Positions 9,025 through 20,276 of a DNA stretch of 64,000 nt are shown one piece after another. Positions within the stretch are counted from its first letter, which is position 1. Each line of letters begins with the position of its first letter. The DNA is from Perkinsela sp. CCAP 1560/9. Lineage: Eukaryota > Protista > Euglenozoa: Kinetoplastea. The position numbers and the translations under genes are program-made. The stretch spans positions 248,001 to 312,000 of the forward strand of contig CBFFSA010000001.1 in assembly GCA_965644495.1 (NCBI GenBank), given 5' to 3'. Under the pieces are notes generated by a model. The model searched no databases, had not been told where the DNA came from, and saw only the letters and a program-made list of their open reading frames with translations.

Positions 9025-11787
9025 ATGAACACTCCGGATCAAGACAGGGTAACGTACTATGGATCTTCTGACAGTACACCATGTTCTGTGCTGGAAACCC
9101 CTGTTCACTCATGCAAGAAAGAGCCGACAAATATGTTAGAAGCATCTCCTTCAGCGTCTCCGGCCAGACAAAAGCACAAAGCGGATTTATTCATTCCTCC
9201 GCGTGCTGCATCACGCGGTCCATCCTCCAAAAATGAATACGCTTCGCAGCAGTCCGAAATCGCAGTACAGAACAGATACGATAGTGGGCTTGATCACGGA
9301 GTGGCTCGAAGATCGGGGAATACGCTACCTTCTCGTAATACGAACGCAAATAGCATGGAAAGAGAGCTACGGGTTAATTCACCACATTCACAGGTTTCTG
9401 CGCGAGGGACGCCAAAGATCATTCCTACGCAGGGTAGGGCTGGCGTGGGGGGTCTTGAGACATCACCTTCTCGAATGATGGTAGACATCTCGGAATACGA
9501 ACTACCCTCGTACTCTAGTTCTCCGACGGAGATTGGACGAATGCCCAGGGTGATCAATGAGCAAGGCGGAGTGAAAGGCGTGAGCGTTTCTACACACCCG
9601 AGGCAAACGTACGCTGTGACGAACCATGGAGAGCGATTAGCGACCATAGATGAAAGTATTCGACAAAGGAATGTGCCAGGGTCCCAAAGTGGGGTTTCTT
9701 TCACGCAAAACTATGCTCAACCTAATGGAATGCCTTCCCTTATGCAATCTCGCGAAAATGTCTCTATCTCGAGTGACCATAAAACTCTTTTATTGGGCGG
9801 GAAAGCGAGGCCTTCGAAAAAAGAAAATCGGGTAATTACTTCTCCAAAGCCAATTGACCGTGAACAGCTATTTCGTGATATCTTGTGGAGTTGGTTGGGC
9901 TGTGATCAAGGTGAAGTCATCGAGTGGGGGAAAACTGGGTTTAGGTTTAAGCCATCCTTTGCGGCATCTCCACAAGATGAATTTACGCTGAAAGAACTAC
10001 AAGAACCAGGTATTCTGTTTCGCAAAATAAAGCAACTCTTAGAGGGAGAAAATTTGCGGAACGAGGGAGAACGCGTTGCGGAACGAAATATTGTTAGAAC
10101 TCCCTCGTTAACCCACGAAAAAATGCGTTCATCTGTCTTTCAAGAACTAGAAACATACAAGGATTCAATCGGGGAAGTGCTTGGAACAAATCTGCCAATC
10201 ATGCTTCCCCAGATGGTGACAATGTGTCGGACATCTTCTAGTTTTCTCGAAAGTGTTTTGTACATTTTGCGTGAAACTGGGGAAAGCGAGGGATGCTGCG
10301 TGCTACAAAAGCTTACCTCTATTTCGGAATCTGCAACTAACGATTCTGTATCAAAGCTGTCTGTAAAATTATGTCATGCTTCGTGCGAACCTTTCCTTGC
10401 GTTTCTCCGTGGCTGGGTAGTAGATGGAAAGATTTATGATCCCTGTCATGAGTTTTTCATTAAGGAGAGCGAAAGCATTGGAAATGACTCTTCAGAATGG
10501 TGGGAGCATAAATATAGTATCTTGAGAGATAAGCTTCCACCTTTGTGTGTTATTGGGATCTCAATACCGTTCACCGAAGAAATCATTGAAGAAGTCCTCT
10601 ACCTCGGGAAAAGCGTTAACTTTTTTCAGTTGATGGGATGCTTAGGGACAAAGAGTTGTTCCAACTTTCAGTGCAATGGAACGCTACCGGAAACACGGGA
10701 GTTGCATGTACTACTGCCCATCCTTCGAAATTCCATTAGTAATCGGTGGAAGAAGACTCTTCTGGAGGATTTGCCCTTGAAAGAATTCCTTACTGGTCTC
10801 TATAAATTCGCTCTCGGCGGGGATGCGTCATTTGTTGATGAAGCCATAAATAGGACAATTGAGGGTAACCTTATGGGTCGTGAGGTACCTCTTCACGCAC
10901 TTCAATTACATGGACTAACAGATTTCGTAATCAAGTCATCTAAGCCGAAAATTCTTTTTGAACATTTAGCAGGATTACTGGTGCGGCGATATAAACAGAA
11001 AGATTTACCTGGACGTGTCCGTAGCCTTATAAGGGTCAAATACGTTCCGCCGAAAGTATTTAACGTGATATTCGTCCCCCATGTGCTGGACCAACTTGAA
11101 CGGCTCAGCGCTATCATATACGACTTAATGCTTGCGAAGCGTAGTGTCTTAAATGTATGGAAGAAAGTTTCCCGACTTAATAAGACCTCTCATTTCAGAT
11201 CGTCGGAAAGTGCATGTGATCGTGCATCGGTTCTGATGGTACATGAAATGTGGTGCGCGATAGCAGCTCTTCAGGACTACATGCACCACGTGTGTGCGCA
11301 TTACTGGTCACAATTTCGAGCGAAGATGGAGCGCCTTATTTTGCAATCTGATATCTTTACATTTCCGGAGCTTTTGAAGCTTCTTGACAGCTTTCTAAGT
11401 GACAATCTTCAGCACATCTGGAAACTTTTAGATCTCAGCGGAGGCTCAAAGATTCAAAAGTCGCAATTGGACTTTCTGCAAAGCTCTAAAAGTATCGAAA
11501 CCTCGACTTTGTTGAAAGAACATTCTCCTATACAAGATGTGATACACTCGGTTTTACACTTGGACGAAGGTCTCGGACCAGATGATAATTTTAGCATACC
11601 TAACATCAAAAGGACTCATGCGGAATTTAAGCGATCGATACATATATTGCTCCAAAAGCTCCAAGGGCAGTCTATTACGGATTGTTCACATTTTCTATAT
11701 CAATCTATCAATTTTTCAAAATTTTACACTGTATTGCCTTCATTTGATTCAACTTCATGTACAATAGGCGTTCCGAAAGTAGAATAG
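9025..11787 (+). CDS. GCP3: Gamma-tubulin complex component (Spc97/Spc98 family, GCP3-like)
   Basis: GRIP1 motif PFLAFLRGWVVDGKIYDPCHEFFI...WEHKYSI...VLYLGKSVNF; long disordered N-terminus. Confidence 0.75.
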   Translation: MNTPDQDRVTYYGSSDSTPCSVLETPVHSCKKEPTNMLEASPSASPARQKHKADLFIPPRAASRGPSSKNEYASQQSEIAVQNRYDSGLDHGVARRSGNTLPSRNTNANSMERELRVNSPHSQVSARGTPKIIPTQGRAGVGGLETSPSRMMVDISEYELPSYSSSPTEIGRMPRVINEQGGVKGVSVSTHPRQTYAVTNHGERLATIDESIRQRNVPGSQSGVSFTQNYAQPNGMPSLMQSRENVSISSDHKTLLLGGKARPSKKENRVITSPKPIDREQLFRDILWSWLGCDQGEVIEWGKTGFRFKPSFAASPQDEFTLKELQEPGILFRKIKQLLEGENLRNEGERVAERNIVRTPSLTHEKMRSSVFQELETYKDSIGEVLGTNLPIMLPQMVTMCRTSSSFLESVLYILRETGESEGCCVLQKLTSISESATNDSVSKLSVKLCHASCEPFLAFLRGWVVDGKIYDPCHEFFIKESESIGNDSSEWWEHKYSILRDKLPPLCVIGISIPFTEEIIEEVLYLGKSVNFFQLMGCLGTKSCSNFQCNGTLPETRELHVLLPILRNSISNRWKKTLLEDLPLKEFLTGLYKFALGGDASFVDEAINRTIEGNLMGREVPLHALQLHGLTDFVIKSSKPKILFEHLAGLLVRRYKQKDLPGRVRSLIRVKYVPPKVFNVIFVPHVLDQLERLSAIIYDLMLAKRSVLNVWKKVSRLNKTSHFRSSESACDRASVLMVHEMWCAIAALQDYMHHVCAHYWSQFRAKMERLILQSDIFTFPELLKLLDSFLSDNLQHIWKLLDLSGGSKIQKSQLDFLQSSKSIETSTLLKEHSPIQDVIHSVLHLDEGLGPDDNFSIPNIKRTHAEFKRSIHILLQKLQGQSITDCSHFLYQSINFSKFYTVLPSFDSTSCTIGVPKVE

Positions 11788-12152
11788 CGCAAACAGAAAA
11801 TATGGAAACTCGGACGAACGTAATGGAAATTCTTACGCTTGTAAATTCTATCGCTTGTGTATGAAGGCGCGATTCCGAGATCAATGTTTTTCTTTTAATT
11901 ACTAGAATTACTGTATAGTTAAAATTTGTCTACAAAAAACACTTCATCTTCTGGTTGCGAACACTGTATGAACGTGCTGCATATACGTACGGCATCTTTA
12001 TAGTTGACTTAGATTACCTGATCTGTTCTGTTTCTGCAAATGGACATCTGTTCGTAAGCAGAAGAAAAGAAACCACGCATTATGATTGGTCATCAACATA
12101 TTGTTTTAATTATTCTGCGTTAGCTCGTATCTCTTTTTATTCTCACTTATTC

Positions 12153-13544
12153 ATGAGTCAATCCAGCGAAGGCGAATCACCCCATTCACGGCGCACAGGC
12201 CTCCGAGGAGACTCTGTCGAAATTACAGCCACTTTAGACGATGTCCTTCGTGCGAAACGACGAAGAAAAAACGAAACGGACACCCCATCAAAGAAGGCGA
12301 AGGAAGTGTCTGTCCCGTGGCCCGCCTCGGCTGAGCTTTTTGATGGTAGCCCAGAGGATATCTCCTCCATGATTGATCTGGACGATATTTTCAAACAAGA
12401 ACCCGACAGCTTTACAACCCCCGGCGCCTCCGGGAAACAACCTTTTAACTGGGACCTCATACGGCAGCGCCTACGGACCGACTACCGTCCCGGGTCCCCC
12501 CGGTTCTGCTACCTGGTACGACGCATGGGGGATATGGCGCTGGAGCCCCGAGGGGAGGAGGTGGCGAAAGTGCCGTACCTTGTGCTGCTCGAGCCCCCGT
12601 CCACCGCCCTGGGAGACACCCTTCACGTCGCCCCGACCCATTTCGTCACGAAAGCCACGGTGGCGCATCTCCACGAGGAGGACTACACCCCGGACCACTA
12701 CCGGTCCCTTCCCTCGGGGGGGTTGGTGTGGCGCAGGGTGAAACACGGCGGCAGGCCGTTGAATGTGTTCCTTCTGGTCGCTAAAAAAAGAGAGGACCAA
12801 GCGGTAAAAAAAGAAGCCCCCCCCTCGAGTACGCCCCCTATGAGTTTCTCGTTTCAAATGAATCCAAATACGGTGGTCGCTGGTTTTGGGAAAAAGACGG
12901 AAGAGGAGGAGGAAGAAATCTCAGCGAATGAAATTAATGTCGTGTTGTGGAGTACAGAGGCAATGCGAGGCCATCGTGAGCAGTGGGGGAACGGGAACCG
13001 TATTGTGATGAAAAATGTCACCCAGTGCGGATCGTTGAAAACACTGATTATGGAAAATGATTTAGAGAGTGCGGAGACCGGGGCGGAGGCGATTGTCCAA
13101 CGGGTTTGGAGAAAGCGAAGTGAGGTGGCGAAAAAGATTACAAGCTACGTGCAGGAAATGCCCTCGGAAGTAAGTCTAACCGAAAAGGAGAGGGAGTCCT
13201 TTTACAGTGCCACGAATCGTAATTTGGATACGCTTATGCGGGAGGATTCACTTTGGAAGCAACTGCACTCCGAGTTGCATGAAAAGCTTCTATCCGTTTT
13301 GCAACCTGTGCTCAATGACCGGAAAAAGGCTCGAGTTGCTGAGCTCGCACTTGTGTCTAACGTATTGCAGAAACTGCAGCGCAAGGAGCTAACAGACGCA
13401 AAGAAATGGAAGATTCACAAATTTTGCCCGAACAATAATATTCTGCGATTTCGCGTGGAAAGTAAAATTCCTGGTCTCGGCGAAGCAGAAGAATGTGTTC
13501 CGGAAAAGTACGTCTTTGTTAATCCTTTTATGCGTTCATCCTAA
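12153..13544 (+). CDS. Hypothetical protein with basic NLS-like stretch (AKRRRK)
   Basis: Long ORF; first ATG at 12153 follows a pyrimidine tract; no family recognised. Confidence 0.75.
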   Translation: MSQSSEGESPHSRRTGLRGDSVEITATLDDVLRAKRRRKNETDTPSKKAKEVSVPWPASAELFDGSPEDISSMIDLDDIFKQEPDSFTTPGASGKQPFNWDLIRQRLRTDYRPGSPRFCYLVRRMGDMALEPRGEEVAKVPYLVLLEPPSTALGDTLHVAPTHFVTKATVAHLHEEDYTPDHYRSLPSGGLVWRRVKHGGRPLNVFLLVAKKREDQAVKKEAPPSSTPPMSFSFQMNPNTVVAGFGKKTEEEEEEISANEINVVLWSTEAMRGHREQWGNGNRIVMKNVTQCGSLKTLIMENDLESAETGAEAIVQRVWRKRSEVAKKITSYVQEMPSEVSLTEKERESFYSATNRNLDTLMREDSLWKQLHSELHEKLLSVLQPVLNDRKKARVAELALVSNVLQKLQRKELTDAKKWKIHKFCPNNNILRFRVESKIPGLGEAEECVPEKYVFVNPFMRSS

Positions 13545-13928
13545 CTGCAATTAGGTATTAGCAAGCTGTTTTAGCTTTATGATGCGGCTTCTTTTGCTTC
13601 TTCCTTTAAGCAGTCACCCAAACACGCATCGAAATTTCCCGTTTTTTTATCTTAAGGCATACGGTATTCCTTTTCTTCGGTTATATGGGCGAAAGATAAC
13701 ACACTTTTTTTATTCCTGAAGACGAGTATAGTCGAGCTCTTTCTGTTTTTTACACATGTCACAAAAACTACATTTTGACTCTCCCCTACTTGATCTCTTT
13801 TTTGTGTCTTCTCCACCAAACATACGTTTCCCGAAACACTTCTTATTTTGCTTAGATTATTATCCTATTCTCTCCATCGTACTCTGCTCAAAGAGCACAG
13901 TACCATTCTTCCATGAACTAACAATCCC

Positions 13929-15551
13929 ATGTTATTACGCTCCGGTGTGTTTCACCTTCCCAAGAGTGTCTACGACCTGCTGGTCATCGGTGGCGGTAGT
14001 GGGGGGGTGGCCTGTGCGACCCAGGCGGCCAAACTCGGCGCCTCAGTGGCGCTGGTCGACTACGTCCCCCCGAGTCCCTACGGCACCTCCTGGGGTCTCG
14101 GCGGCACCTGTGTCAACGTTGGCTGCATCCCGAAGAAATTGTTTCATGTTGCCGCGCAGCAGGGTGAGATCCTTTCGCACATGGCACCGTATTTTGGCTG
14201 GGGTTTGTGTAATTCCGAAAAGGATAGTGTTCCGAGATATCGAATGCAGTGGAGCACACTTCGAGAGAATGTCACCAATTACATACGCTCGCTGAATTTT
14301 AGTACCCGAGTGGCGTGTCAGGAGTTAAACGTGGATTATGTGAATGCCAGAGCGTGGGTTACGGGGGAACACGGCCACGGGGCTTGTGTGGCGGTGAGGT
14401 GTACGGACCCCGATAGCTCCGAGAGCTCTACGACCATGCATGCTCGTCACGTGGTGGTGGCGACAGGGGGACGGCCGCAGTATCCCTCGATTCCGAGGGC
14501 CCAACGTTTTGGCATCACCTCCGATGATTTGTTTTGGTTGAACAAAGACCCAGAAAAGGTCGTGGTGGTGGGGGCAGGATACATTGCACTGGAGTGTGCT
14601 GGATTTCTAGGGAGCTTCGCGAAGTACGCATCTCATGAAGGGGAAAGGCCGTTGAACCGGCCCTCCGTGTTGGTTCGCTCTACCCCGCTGCGTGGTTTTG
14701 ACAAGGACGCTGTGGCCAGGGTCGTACAGTCCATGGCGGACTCAGTCGATTTCGTGTACGACCAACCAAAGGAATTAGTACGTGTGGAATCGAATGTTGC
14801 ATCAAATTCTCCAAAGCTTCGATTGCATACTATGAAGGGCGGTGTTATGGACTGTGATACGGTTCTGTTTGCGATGGGACGCCGCCCCCAAACTACGGGG
14901 TTGGGTTTCGACACGTTGGGCGTGAAAATCGATCCGAGCACACATCATATTATTACCGATGAATTTGCGAAGACCTCACACCCTCAGGTGTACGCCATTG
15001 GAGATGTCGTTCGTGGAGGTGCGGAACTTACCCCAGTCGCCATACGCTCGGGTCGAACACTGGCGAACAATCTGTTTTCAGAACGAGCCCGGGAGACGGT
15101 ACACTTTTTTGCTCAAGCCATGCCCACAACCGTATTCACACCTTTGGAGTACGGTCGCATTGGCCCGAGTGAGGAACAAGCGTGTGCGCTCTATCCTGAA
15201 AAACAAATCGAAGTCTATCACACTGCCTTTTGCCCCCTTGAGTGGACGCTACCCGGCCTCCCACGTGACTTGTGCTTTCTCAAAGTCATCACACGGCGAG
15301 ATCTCGATGCTCCTTTGGATGCAGACAACGCCCGAGGGAGGGATACGAATGAAACCGTCATTGGTTGGCACCTTACGTGTCCCCATGCGGGGGAGATTAC
15401 GCAAGGCATAGCTGTTGCCATGCACGCCGGGTTGACGCTACGAACACTGCGGCAAACGATGGGCATTCATCCTACCATGGCGGAGTGTATAGGCAGCCTT
15501 GTGCGAAAGCGAGATTTTCCTACCCCAAAGGTCCCGGGATGCTGAGGGTAG
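13929..15551 (+). CDS. TXNRD: High-Mr (animal-type) selenocysteine-containing thioredoxin reductase; Sec encoded by TGA 15543-15545
   Basis: GGGSGG FAD motif, WGLGGTCVNVGCIPKK redox centre, GAGYIALE NADPH motif, GIHPT; ends GGA TGC TGA GGG TAG = G-C-U-G-stop; SECIS 33 nt downstream. Confidence 0.93.
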
Positions 15552-15583
15552 GGAAGGGAATGTGAGCCGTCACTCCTTCGCTC

Positions 15584-15653
15584 CATTGGGTTCTTCTTGT
15601 GAAGTTGTGTGCCTAAACCTTTAGGTGGCGCATAATGGATTTTGAACCGAATG
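15584..15653 (+). promoter_or_regulatory. Eukaryotic SECIS element, type II, GUGA core variant
   Basis: Helix I CATTGGGTTC (15584-93) / GAACCGAATG (15644-53); core GTGAA (15599-603) / GGAT (15637-40); 10-bp helix II GTTGTGTGCC / GGCGCATAAT; unpaired AA at 15615-16 and apical mini-helix ACCT/AGGT. Confidence 0.9.
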
Positions 15654-15824
15654 ATGTGGTAGTGACGACGAACACTGTAGTGCGGTTAGATAATGGTAAC
15701 AAAGTGGTAAATTTGGTTTTAGATAAAAGATAATTCCTTAAAAAACTTTAACTTGTCACACCTTTTTACCACACTCATTTCTCATCAAAAACATATTATC
15801 TACTGGGTAGTATCTACTTATTTT

Positions 15825-18800
15825 ATGAGCGAATTCTCCTTACACTCCGCTCGTGTCAAAGCCCTGAGCTTTCACGCCGAACGTCCCTGGATCCTTGTCG
15901 GGCTGCACGACGGAAAACTCGAGATTTGGGACTACCAGAACCAAACCCTCCAAGAACGATACGCAAATGAGCACCAGGGCGCCGTCCGCGCGGTGTGCTT
16001 CCACCCCCACCAGCCCCTCTTCGCCTCCGGGGGGGATGACACCAAAGTTCGTCTGTGGAGTTACGCTCAGCGACGGATCACAGCCACCCTGGTCGGCCAC
16101 TTGGACTACGTCCGCTGCGTCTCCTTTCACACCGAGCAGCCCTGGTTGCTCTCCGGGAGTGACGACCAGGTGCTACGGCTGTGGAACTGGCAGTCCCGCA
16201 CCTGCCTCGGGGTACTCGCCGGGCACAACCACTACGTCATGTGTGGGGTGTTTCACCCGAGTGGGCAAAGCCCCGATTTAGTGGCTTCCGGGTCGTTGGA
16301 TCAAACCATCCGGATTTGGGATATTACCGGCGTGCGTACACGGAAGCCAGCGCCAAGTTTGTCCGAGCTCGCGAGAAGTGCCGGGGTGTTGTCAGATGGT
16401 ACGGATTCCTACGGTTCCGATTCTCGTTCCTTGCCCGCAGCTCTTCCGTTGCTTGCACCGGATTTGTTTGCGAACGAAATATTTGTGAGATGTATTCTGG
16501 AGGGGCATGAGCGAGCCGTGAATAGCGTTGCGTTTCATCCCACCCGTCCTCTGTTGGTCAGTGGCTCGGATGACAAAACGATTCGAGTGTGGAGTATTGA
16601 TGAGGCGTGTTCGACGACAATGATGTACAATGAAACAGCACCTTTCCCTGGATATGAGCTAGAGCAGCTGAGGGGTCACACAGGAAATGTAACCTGTGTA
16701 CTACTAGACGTCGAAACCTCGAATATTCTAAGTGCATCGGAGGACGGAACAATACGGATGTGGAATACCGAAAATGGCAACGCAATCAAGACTATCAGCC
16801 GACCTGGTGGATTGCATGCCGGTCAGGTAGGCCGTATCTGGTCCCTAGCAGTGAATGAAAACGGTCTCATAGCTTTTGGGTATGATCACGGGTTTGGCGT
16901 CACGAGACTACGATCCGAGCACCCGGCATATTCACGAGGCGTACATTTTAACGCAGAACCTGGGCATGTAGCTGGTCTGTATTACGTACGGGAAGGAACA
17001 CTCTACACTTATAATTTCGACACTAGAAAGGAAAGCATCATTTGTTCGTTACGCCGAAAAGGAATCCCAAATCATTTGTACTACGTAGAGAATGTTGAAG
17101 CAGCACTTTGTATATTTGATGAAACAAGCCCGCGATATGAACTTTATACGATTGGATCAAAAACACCCACTCAACGGGCAGCAGTAGAGATGCGCAAGGG
17201 TTATTATTCGAGCACAGCGTTTTGCGGAAGCGGGCGTATTATCGCATTGGATCAATCGAATCTATTGATCAAGAATCTTCAAAACGAAACAGTAAGCAGC
17301 ATGCCATTGACCGAGATTAAAAGGGGCGAATCTTTTCATGGTGAAATTGATCCCGCTTCTACGGTGCTAAATGGTGGATTAACAGAGATTCATACATTGT
17401 ACACCTTGTCTGGGTCCGAAAATAACGTCCTTGCAAGCACACCGACACATATTCTTTTATTAGAAGTCGATCTCAATGGAAAAGCTTCTGTAATTTCCTG
17501 TAGAGATTCTGTTAAAGATCTAGTCGGCGTGCATTCGCAAGATGATTATGCATACACCTCTGAAGACAACACCGTTCAGCTGCGGTCCGTTATAGTCTTA
17601 GTAGCTAAAAATGAGTTGATCGTGTGTGACAGTACTCGTCTTGGAACTCTTTTTAAAGTGAAGGAGCTTCATCGAGAAATCACAAGCTGTGTTTTTGGAA
17701 ATGTAAGTCGCCAGAAGCACCGAACGTCACAATTATCTTCCCTACCTTTAACCAACGCAATCTTTTTTGCAACTACTGCTCATCTTAAATTCGTTCTTTC
17801 AAACGGTCACGTAGGTACGGTTCGTGAAATTTCCTCAAAGAAGAAGCTGTATCTTGCTGCAGTATTCGAAAAAACAGCGTTTTTTATTACAGACGCATCT
17901 TCGGTTTGTCCTTTGGAAATTGATCTCACGGAACTCCATTTAAAGCAAGCCCTTTCATTTCACGAACACGCCGCCGTAAATGAGATCCTTCGTGGGAAGA
18001 AGGTACACGGACAAGCGCTCGCTGCCTATCTGCTCAGCAAGAAAAATCTTCGACCCATGGCAGAATATTTTGTGAGAGATTCACGGAGTAAATTTTTTCT
18101 TTCTTTAGAAAAAGGTAAGCTGAACGAAGCCAGGAAGTATGCGAAGGAATTGGATACTTCGGATATTTGGCAGCACTTTTCACGTGCTGCATGGGAACAT
18201 GGCGACGCGCTTTCTGCTCTTGAGGCATACGAAAGTACAAACGATGAAAATTCTCAAGCTGAAACGCATCTCCTACTTGGCAATTTAGAGAGTTTGGAAA
18301 CACTCGTGGAAAAATCCACATGCCCCCACCTTACCACTACCTACTCTATGATCCTGGGGAATCATACGAAACAGTTAGATGTATTGGTGCAATCAGGGCA
18401 GTACGCTCTGGCGCTTGCTCTGGCGAGAACGAGACACATGGGTAGCGATATCATTCAAGAGCTTGAAGAGAAGTTCAAGAATCGTGTACAATGTATCTAC
18501 GACTCCAGAGATAACGACAAAGGTGCGGATAATGAATGTGAGGCGCAATTGTGTCTGGATAATCTGATCCAACGTTGCGCAAACCTAGAAACCCAAAAGC
18601 AGCCCTCGGGGCTGTTCAGCATGCAGGATTCTTCTCTAGAGTTCGCTGAGTTGCGCAAAATCGCAGTGTGGCCTCACCTTGAAGACGAAACGGAAAATGT
18701 TGACGAATTTTATCAGCATGATTTGGTCAAAGACTTTCCAGAAAAGACAACAAGTGAAACTTTTTCTGATTCATATAAGAATCCTACCCGCACAAAGGAG

Positions 18801-19823
18801 CGTGTTCTGGACAACGAAATGCATTTTACGGACCATTCGAGTTTACGTTCTCCGAGCACGCGCACCGCTAGTGAAGCTTGGGATCTCGAATTAGATATGG
18901 AAGAGAAGCAAACCGACCAGTTCGATCAATGGGATGCCATGAGTGACTACGAATTCGACAAAAATCAGGGCAGGGATGATATGCCCATCTACGCCATGCT
19001 AACCGGGGATGGTGATCGGGCGATGCATTTATTACTCGAGCAATGCGGTATATGCCACTTTGATTGCATTCTACCGTACATGGGGAAATTGAGGGATGTC
19101 GAAGGGCCATTGGGCAATGCTTCTTTTGATGATCTTACCAAGCGCCTTCCCATCACTCGCGAGTTTATTGATTTCCAACTCAATGAAGCGATGAAATTAA
19201 CCACAGAAGGGAAATTTTTGGATGCGTCCCAAACTTTTCATAAAGTACTTTGTACATATCCCACAATTGTAGTGCCATCCTCAGAGGAAGCTCAAGAAAT
19301 CGAATCTAAGGTATTCTTACCAGCCGTCTCATACATCCAAGCACTCAATACGGAATTATATCGACGAAAGCACTTAGCTACACACCCAGGAGACATTCCA
19401 ACCTCGCTTAAGCTGGCTTTGTATTTCACTCACTTTGACCTGCAGCAAGAGCACTTAATATTGGCTCTTCGAAGTGCTATGGTGCTATGTTACAAAGCTG
19501 GAAATTTTGGTCTTGCGACAAATGTAGCAGCGCGTCTTTTGGAGTTCTCACTTCCTCCTGCAGTAGAGCAGCAAGCATGTAAATTAATCAGCACACAAAA
19601 ATTGGACAACGCTCACCAGGTAGAGTATGATCCAACGAACATGTTTACTGTGTGCTCCGCGTCTCATTGTGAAATAAAAAGCTCAGAAAAGGATTCGGTC
19701 GTTTGGTGCAAATACTGTGTGTCTCCTGCCTTGGTGCGTTTCGAAGGCGAACTTTGTGAAGTTTGTCGAATGTCAAAGTATAATCGTAAGCTCTTTACAC
19801 GGAATTTGCACAATGTTTGGTAG
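15825..19823 (+). CDS. COPA: Coatomer subunit alpha
   Basis: N-terminal WD40 (SARVKALSFH..RPWIL, GHLDYVR, WNWQSR, GHNHYVMC); C-terminal alpha-COP domain (LALYFTHFDLQ..HLILALRSAM, YDPTNMFTVC). Confidence 0.95.
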   Translation: MSEFSLHSARVKALSFHAERPWILVGLHDGKLEIWDYQNQTLQERYANEHQGAVRAVCFHPHQPLFASGGDDTKVRLWSYAQRRITATLVGHLDYVRCVSFHTEQPWLLSGSDDQVLRLWNWQSRTCLGVLAGHNHYVMCGVFHPSGQSPDLVASGSLDQTIRIWDITGVRTRKPAPSLSELARSAGVLSDGTDSYGSDSRSLPAALPLLAPDLFANEIFVRCILEGHERAVNSVAFHPTRPLLVSGSDDKTIRVWSIDEACSTTMMYNETAPFPGYELEQLRGHTGNVTCVLLDVETSNILSASEDGTIRMWNTENGNAIKTISRPGGLHAGQVGRIWSLAVNENGLIAFGYDHGFGVTRLRSEHPAYSRGVHFNAEPGHVAGLYYVREGTLYTYNFDTRKESIICSLRRKGIPNHLYYVENVEAALCIFDETSPRYELYTIGSKTPTQRAAVEMRKGYYSSTAFCGSGRIIALDQSNLLIKNLQNETVSSMPLTEIKRGESFHGEIDPASTVLNGGLTEIHTLYTLSGSENNVLASTPTHILLLEVDLNGKASVISCRDSVKDLVGVHSQDDYAYTSEDNTVQLRSVIVLVAKNELIVCDSTRLGTLFKVKELHREITSCVFGNVSRQKHRTSQLSSLPLTNAIFFATTAHLKFVLSNGHVGTVREISSKKKLYLAAVFEKTAFFITDASSVCPLEIDLTELHLKQALSFHEHAAVNEILRGKKVHGQALAAYLLSKKNLRPMAEYFVRDSRSKFFLSLEKGKLNEARKYAKELDTSDIWQHFSRAAWEHGDALSALEAYESTNDENSQAETHLLLGNLESLETLVEKSTCPHLTTTYSMILGNHTKQLDVLVQSGQYALALALARTRHMGSDIIQELEEKFKNRVQCIYDSRDNDKGADNECEAQLCLDNLIQRCANLETQKQPSGLFSMQDSSLEFAELRKIAVWPHLEDETENVDEFYQHDLVKDFPEKTTSETFSDSYKNPTRTKERVLDNEMHFTDHSSLRSPSTRTASEAWDLELDMEEKQTDQFDQWDAMSDYEFDKNQGRDDMPIYAMLTGDGDRAMHLLLEQCGICHFDCILPYMGKLRDVEGPLGNASFDDLTKRLPITREFIDFQLNEAMKLTTEGKFLDASQTFHKVLCTYPTIVVPSSEEAQEIESKVFLPAVSYIQALNTELYRRKHLATHPGDIPTSLKLALYFTHFDLQQEHLILALRSAMVLCYKAGNFGLATNVAARLLEFSLPPAVEQQACKLISTQKLDNAHQVEYDPTNMFTVCSASHCEIKSSEKDSVVWCKYCVSPALVRFEGELCEVCRMSKYNRKLFTRNLHNVW

Positions 19824-20276
19824 CCAAGTTAACGGCAAGAACACTGCTCTTGAAGCTTCCTGACCTTTTTTTTGCGACGTAAAGAGGCACTCACTATTGG
19901 CAAAGGCACCCATCCGGCAAATTTGTAAATCTATTGGATGTTCATAATTTATTGTATTTTTACACGTTGATTAGATACATTGGAAAAACTCTTTTATCAG
20001 GTTCTTTTAGTTGACATGTACTGAATAGCACCTATTGTGAGTTCAATGAAACAGAATTCGCAAATAAGTCTACCCAAGAATAAACAGGGGTGTATCTAAA
20101 AAAATGTCCCGAATCTTCTCCATCCCGATCTCGTCTAAACAAATTAACAAAACGGTCTCAACTTCGATTGACACACACCCCCCCACCTTTCTTCCTTTCT
20201 CTTTTCTCTTTTTTGAACTCCTAACCTTTACCTAAGAACCCTATTCTACCTTTCTTTACCTCTATCTCACCCCCCC

